Assembly (NCBI GenBank): GCA_032718475.1
Contig: JAUCBJ010007946.1
Coordinates: 1 to 64,000, forward strand
DNA from: Nemertoderma westbladi
Taxonomy: Eukaryota; Animalia; Xenacoelomorpha
Length of the DNA stretch: 64,000 nt
Direction of reading: 5' to 3'
Each line of letters starts with the position of its first letter. Position 1 is the first letter of the stretch. The notes beneath the pieces were generated by a model. It had not been told where the DNA came from. It did no database searches and was given only the letters and a program-made list of their open reading frames with translations. Shown piece after piece: positions 60,434-64,000 of this stretch. Position numbers and translations under genes: made by a program.

Positions 60434-63400
60434 GTTGGTTATTATTTACGGGTTCCCAAACTAAAGGTTAGTTATTATTTACGGGTTCCCAAACTAAAGT
60501 TTAGTTATTATTTACGGGTTCCCAAACTAAAGGTGGGTTATTATTTACGGGTTCCCAAACTAAAGTTTGGTTATTATTTACGGGTTCCCAAACTAAAGGT
60601 TAGTTATTATTTACGGGTTCCCAAACTAAAGGTTAGTTATTATTTACGGGTTCCCAAACTAAAGGTGGGTTATTATTTACGGGTTCCCAAACTAAAGGTT
60701 AGTTATTATTTACGGGTTCCCAAACTAAAGTTTGGTTATTATATTTACGGGTTCCCAAACTAAGGGTTGGTTATTATTTACGGATTCCCAAACTAAAGGT
60801 TAGTTATTATTTACGGGTTCCCAAACTAAAGGTTGGTTATTATTTACGGGTTCCCAAACTAAAGTTTAGTTATTCTTTACGGGTTCCCAAACTAAAGGTT
60901 GGTTATTATTTACGGGTTCCCAAACTAAAGTTTGGTTATTATTTACGGGTTCCCAAACTAAGGGTTGGTTATTATTTACGGGTTCCCAAACTAAAGGTTG
61001 GTTATTATTTACGGGTTCCCAAACTAAAGTTTAGTTATTCTTTACGGGTTCCCAAACTAAAGGTTGGTTATTATTTACGGGTTCCCAAACTAAAGTTTGG
61101 TTATTATTTACGGGTTCCCAAACTAAGGGTTGGTTATTATTTACGGGTTCCCAAACTAAAGGTTGGTTATTATTTACGGGTTCCCAAACTAAGGTTTAGT
61201 TATTATTTACGGGTTCCCAAACTAAAGGTTAGTTATTATTTACGGGTTCCCAAACTAAAGTTTGGTTATTATTTACGGGTTCCCAAACTAAAGGTTGGTT
61301 ATTATATTTACGGGTTCCCAAACTAAAGGTTGGTTATTATTTACGGGTTCCCAAACTAAAGTTTAGTTATTATTTACGGGTTCCCAAACTAAAGGTTGGT
61401 TATTATATTTACGGGTTCCCAAACTAAAGGTTGGTTATTATTTACGGGTTCCCAAACTAAAGTTTGGTTATTATTTACGGGTTCCCAAACTAAAGGTTGG
61501 TTATTATTTACGGGTTCCCAAACTAAAGGTGGGTTATTATTTACGGGTTCCCAAACTAAAGTATAGTTATTATTTACGGGTTCCCAAACTAAAGGTTGGT
61601 TATTATATTTACGGGTTCCCAAACTAAAGGTGGGTTATTATTTACGGGTTCCCAAACTAAAGTATAGTTATTATTTACGGGTTCCCAAACTAAAGGTTGG
61701 TTATTATTTACGGGTTCCCAAACTAAAGGTTAGTTATTATTTACGGGTTCCCAAACTAAAGTTTGGTTATTATATTTACGGGTTCCCAAACTAAAGTTTG
61801 GTTATTATTTACGGGTTCCCAAACTAAAGGTTAGTTATTATTTACGGGTTCCCAAACTAAAGGTTAGTTATTATTTACGGGTTCCCAAACTAAAGGTTGG
61901 TTATTATTTACGGGTTCCCAAACTAAAGGTTAGTTATTATTTACGGGTTCCCAAACTAAAGTTTGGTTATTATATTTACGGGTTCCCAAACTAAAGGTTA
62001 GTTATTATATTTACGGGTTCCCAAACTAAAGTTTAGTTATTATTTACGGGTTCCCAAACTAAAGGTTGGTTATTATTTACGGGTTCCCAAACTAAAGGTT
62101 GGTTATTATTTACGGGTTCCCAAACTAAAGGTTGGTTATTATTTACGGGTTCCCAAACTAAAGGTTGGTTATTATATTTACGGGTTCCCAAACTAAAGGT
62201 TAGTTATTATATTTACGGGTTCCCAAACTAAAGTTTAGTTATTATTTACGGGTTCCCAAACTAAAGGTTGGTTATTATTTACGGGTTCCCAAACTAAAGG
62301 TTGGTTATTATTTACGGGTTCCCAAACTAAAGGTTGGTTATTATTTACGGGTTCCCAAACTAAAGGTTGGTTATTATATTTACGGGTTCCCAAACTAAAG
62401 GTTGGTTATTATTTACGGGTTCCCAAACTAAAGGTTGGTTATTATTTACGGGTTCCCAAACTAAAGGTTGGTTATTATTTACGGGTTCCCAAACTAAAGG
62501 TTGGTTATTATTTACGGGTTCCCAAACTAAAGGTTAGTTATTATTTACGGGTTCCCAAACTAAAGGTTGGTTATTATTTACGGGTTCCCAAACTAAATGT
62601 TAGTTATTATTTACGGGTTCCCAAACTAAAGGTTGGTTATTATTTACGGGTTCCTAAACTAAAGGTGGGTTATTATTTACGGATTCCCAAACTAAAGGTT
62701 GGTTATTATTTACGGGTTCCCAAACTAAAGGTTGGTTATTATATTTACGGGTTCCCAAACTAAAGGTTGGTTATTATTTACGGGTTCCCAAACTAAAGGT
62801 TAGTTATTATATTTACGGGTTCCCAAACTAAAGGTTGGTTATTATTTACGGGTTCCCAAACTAAAGGTTGGTTATTATATTTACGGGTTCCCAAACTAAA
62901 GGTTGGTTATTATTTACGGGTTCCCAAACTAAAGTTTGGTTATTATATTTACGGGTTCCCAAACTAAAGGTTGGTTATTATTTACGGGTTCCCAAACTAA
63001 AGGTTGGTTATTATTTACGGGTTCCCAAACTAAAGGTTGGTTATTATTTACGGGTTCCCAAACTAAAGGTTAGTTATTATTTACGGGTTCCCAAACTAAA
63101 GTTTAGTTATTATATTTACGGGTTCCCAAACTAAAGGTTAGTTATTATTTACGGGTTCCCAAACTAAAGGTTAGTTATTATTTACGGGTTCCCAAACTAA
63201 AGGTTAGTTATTATTTACGGGTTCCCAAACTAAAGGTTAGTTATTATTTACGGGTTCCCAAACTAAAGGTTGGTTATTATTTTCGGATTCCCAAACTAAA
63301 GGTTAGTTATTATTTACGGGTTCCCAAACTAAAGTATAGTTATTATTTACGGGTTCCCAAACTAAAGGTTAGTTATTATTTACGGGTTCCCAAACTAAAG

Positions 63401-64000
63401 TATAGTTATTATTTACGGGTTCCCAAACTAAAGGTTAGTTATTATTTACGGGTTCCCAAACTAAAGGTTGGTTATTATTTACGGGTTCCCAAACTAAAGG
63501 TGGGTTATTATTTACGGGTTCCCAAACTAAAGTATAGTTATTATTTACGGGTTCCCAAACTAAAGGTTGGTTATTATATTTACGGGTTCCCAAACTAAAG
63601 GTGGGTTATTATTTACGGGTTCCCAAACTAAAGTATAGTTATTATTTACGGGTTCCCAAACTAAAGGTTGGTTATTATTTACGGGTTCCCAAACTAAAGT
63701 TTGGTTATTATTTACGGATTCCCAAACTAAAGGTTAGTTATTATTTACGGGTTCCCAAACTAAAGTTTGGTTATTATATTTACGGGTTCCCAAACTAAAG
63801 TTTGGTTATTATTTACGGGTTCCCAAACTAAAGGTTAGTTATTATTTACGGGTTCCTAAACTAAAGGTGGGTTATTATTTACGGATTCCCAAACTAAAGG
63901 TTGGTTATTATTTACGGGTTCCCAAACTAAAGGTTGGTTATTATATTTACGGGTTCCCAAACTAAAGGTTGGTTATTATTTACGGGTTCCCAAACTAAAG
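60415..64000 (+). repeat. 33-bp (some 35-bp) tandem repeat of the exon 20 end plus donor, >100 copies, runs off the window
   Basis: Unit ACGGGTTCCCAAACTAAAG|GTTGGTTATTATTT (19 exon nt + 14 intron nt). Confidence 0.97.

Overview
AT-rich, intron-rich animal (invertebrate-like) genomic DNA. 1-10383 is the 5' part of a minus-strand BEL/Pao LTR retrotransposon whose single gag-pol ORF runs off the left edge. 10.4-29.9 kb is three large tandem arrays (21, 21 and 60 bp units); the first two appear to have grown inside transposon remnants. From 30236 to the right edge lie 20 phase-consistent exons (1033 codons, N-terminus to IIIS4) of a Cav2-type voltage-gated calcium channel alpha1 gene, with a U12 AT-AC first intron. 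Two things stand out. (1) Intron 8 holds a 3.4-kb insertion with a 12-bp target-site duplication: 8 head-to-tail ~412-bp units, each a tRNA-type Pol III promoter fused to a type I hammerhead ribozyme, in the sense orientation (retrozyme-like). (2) Four minisatellites, probably five, are built from the gene's own exon-intron junctions and create tens to >100 tandem copies of splice sites. All coordinates and counts were read by eye; no database search was run.
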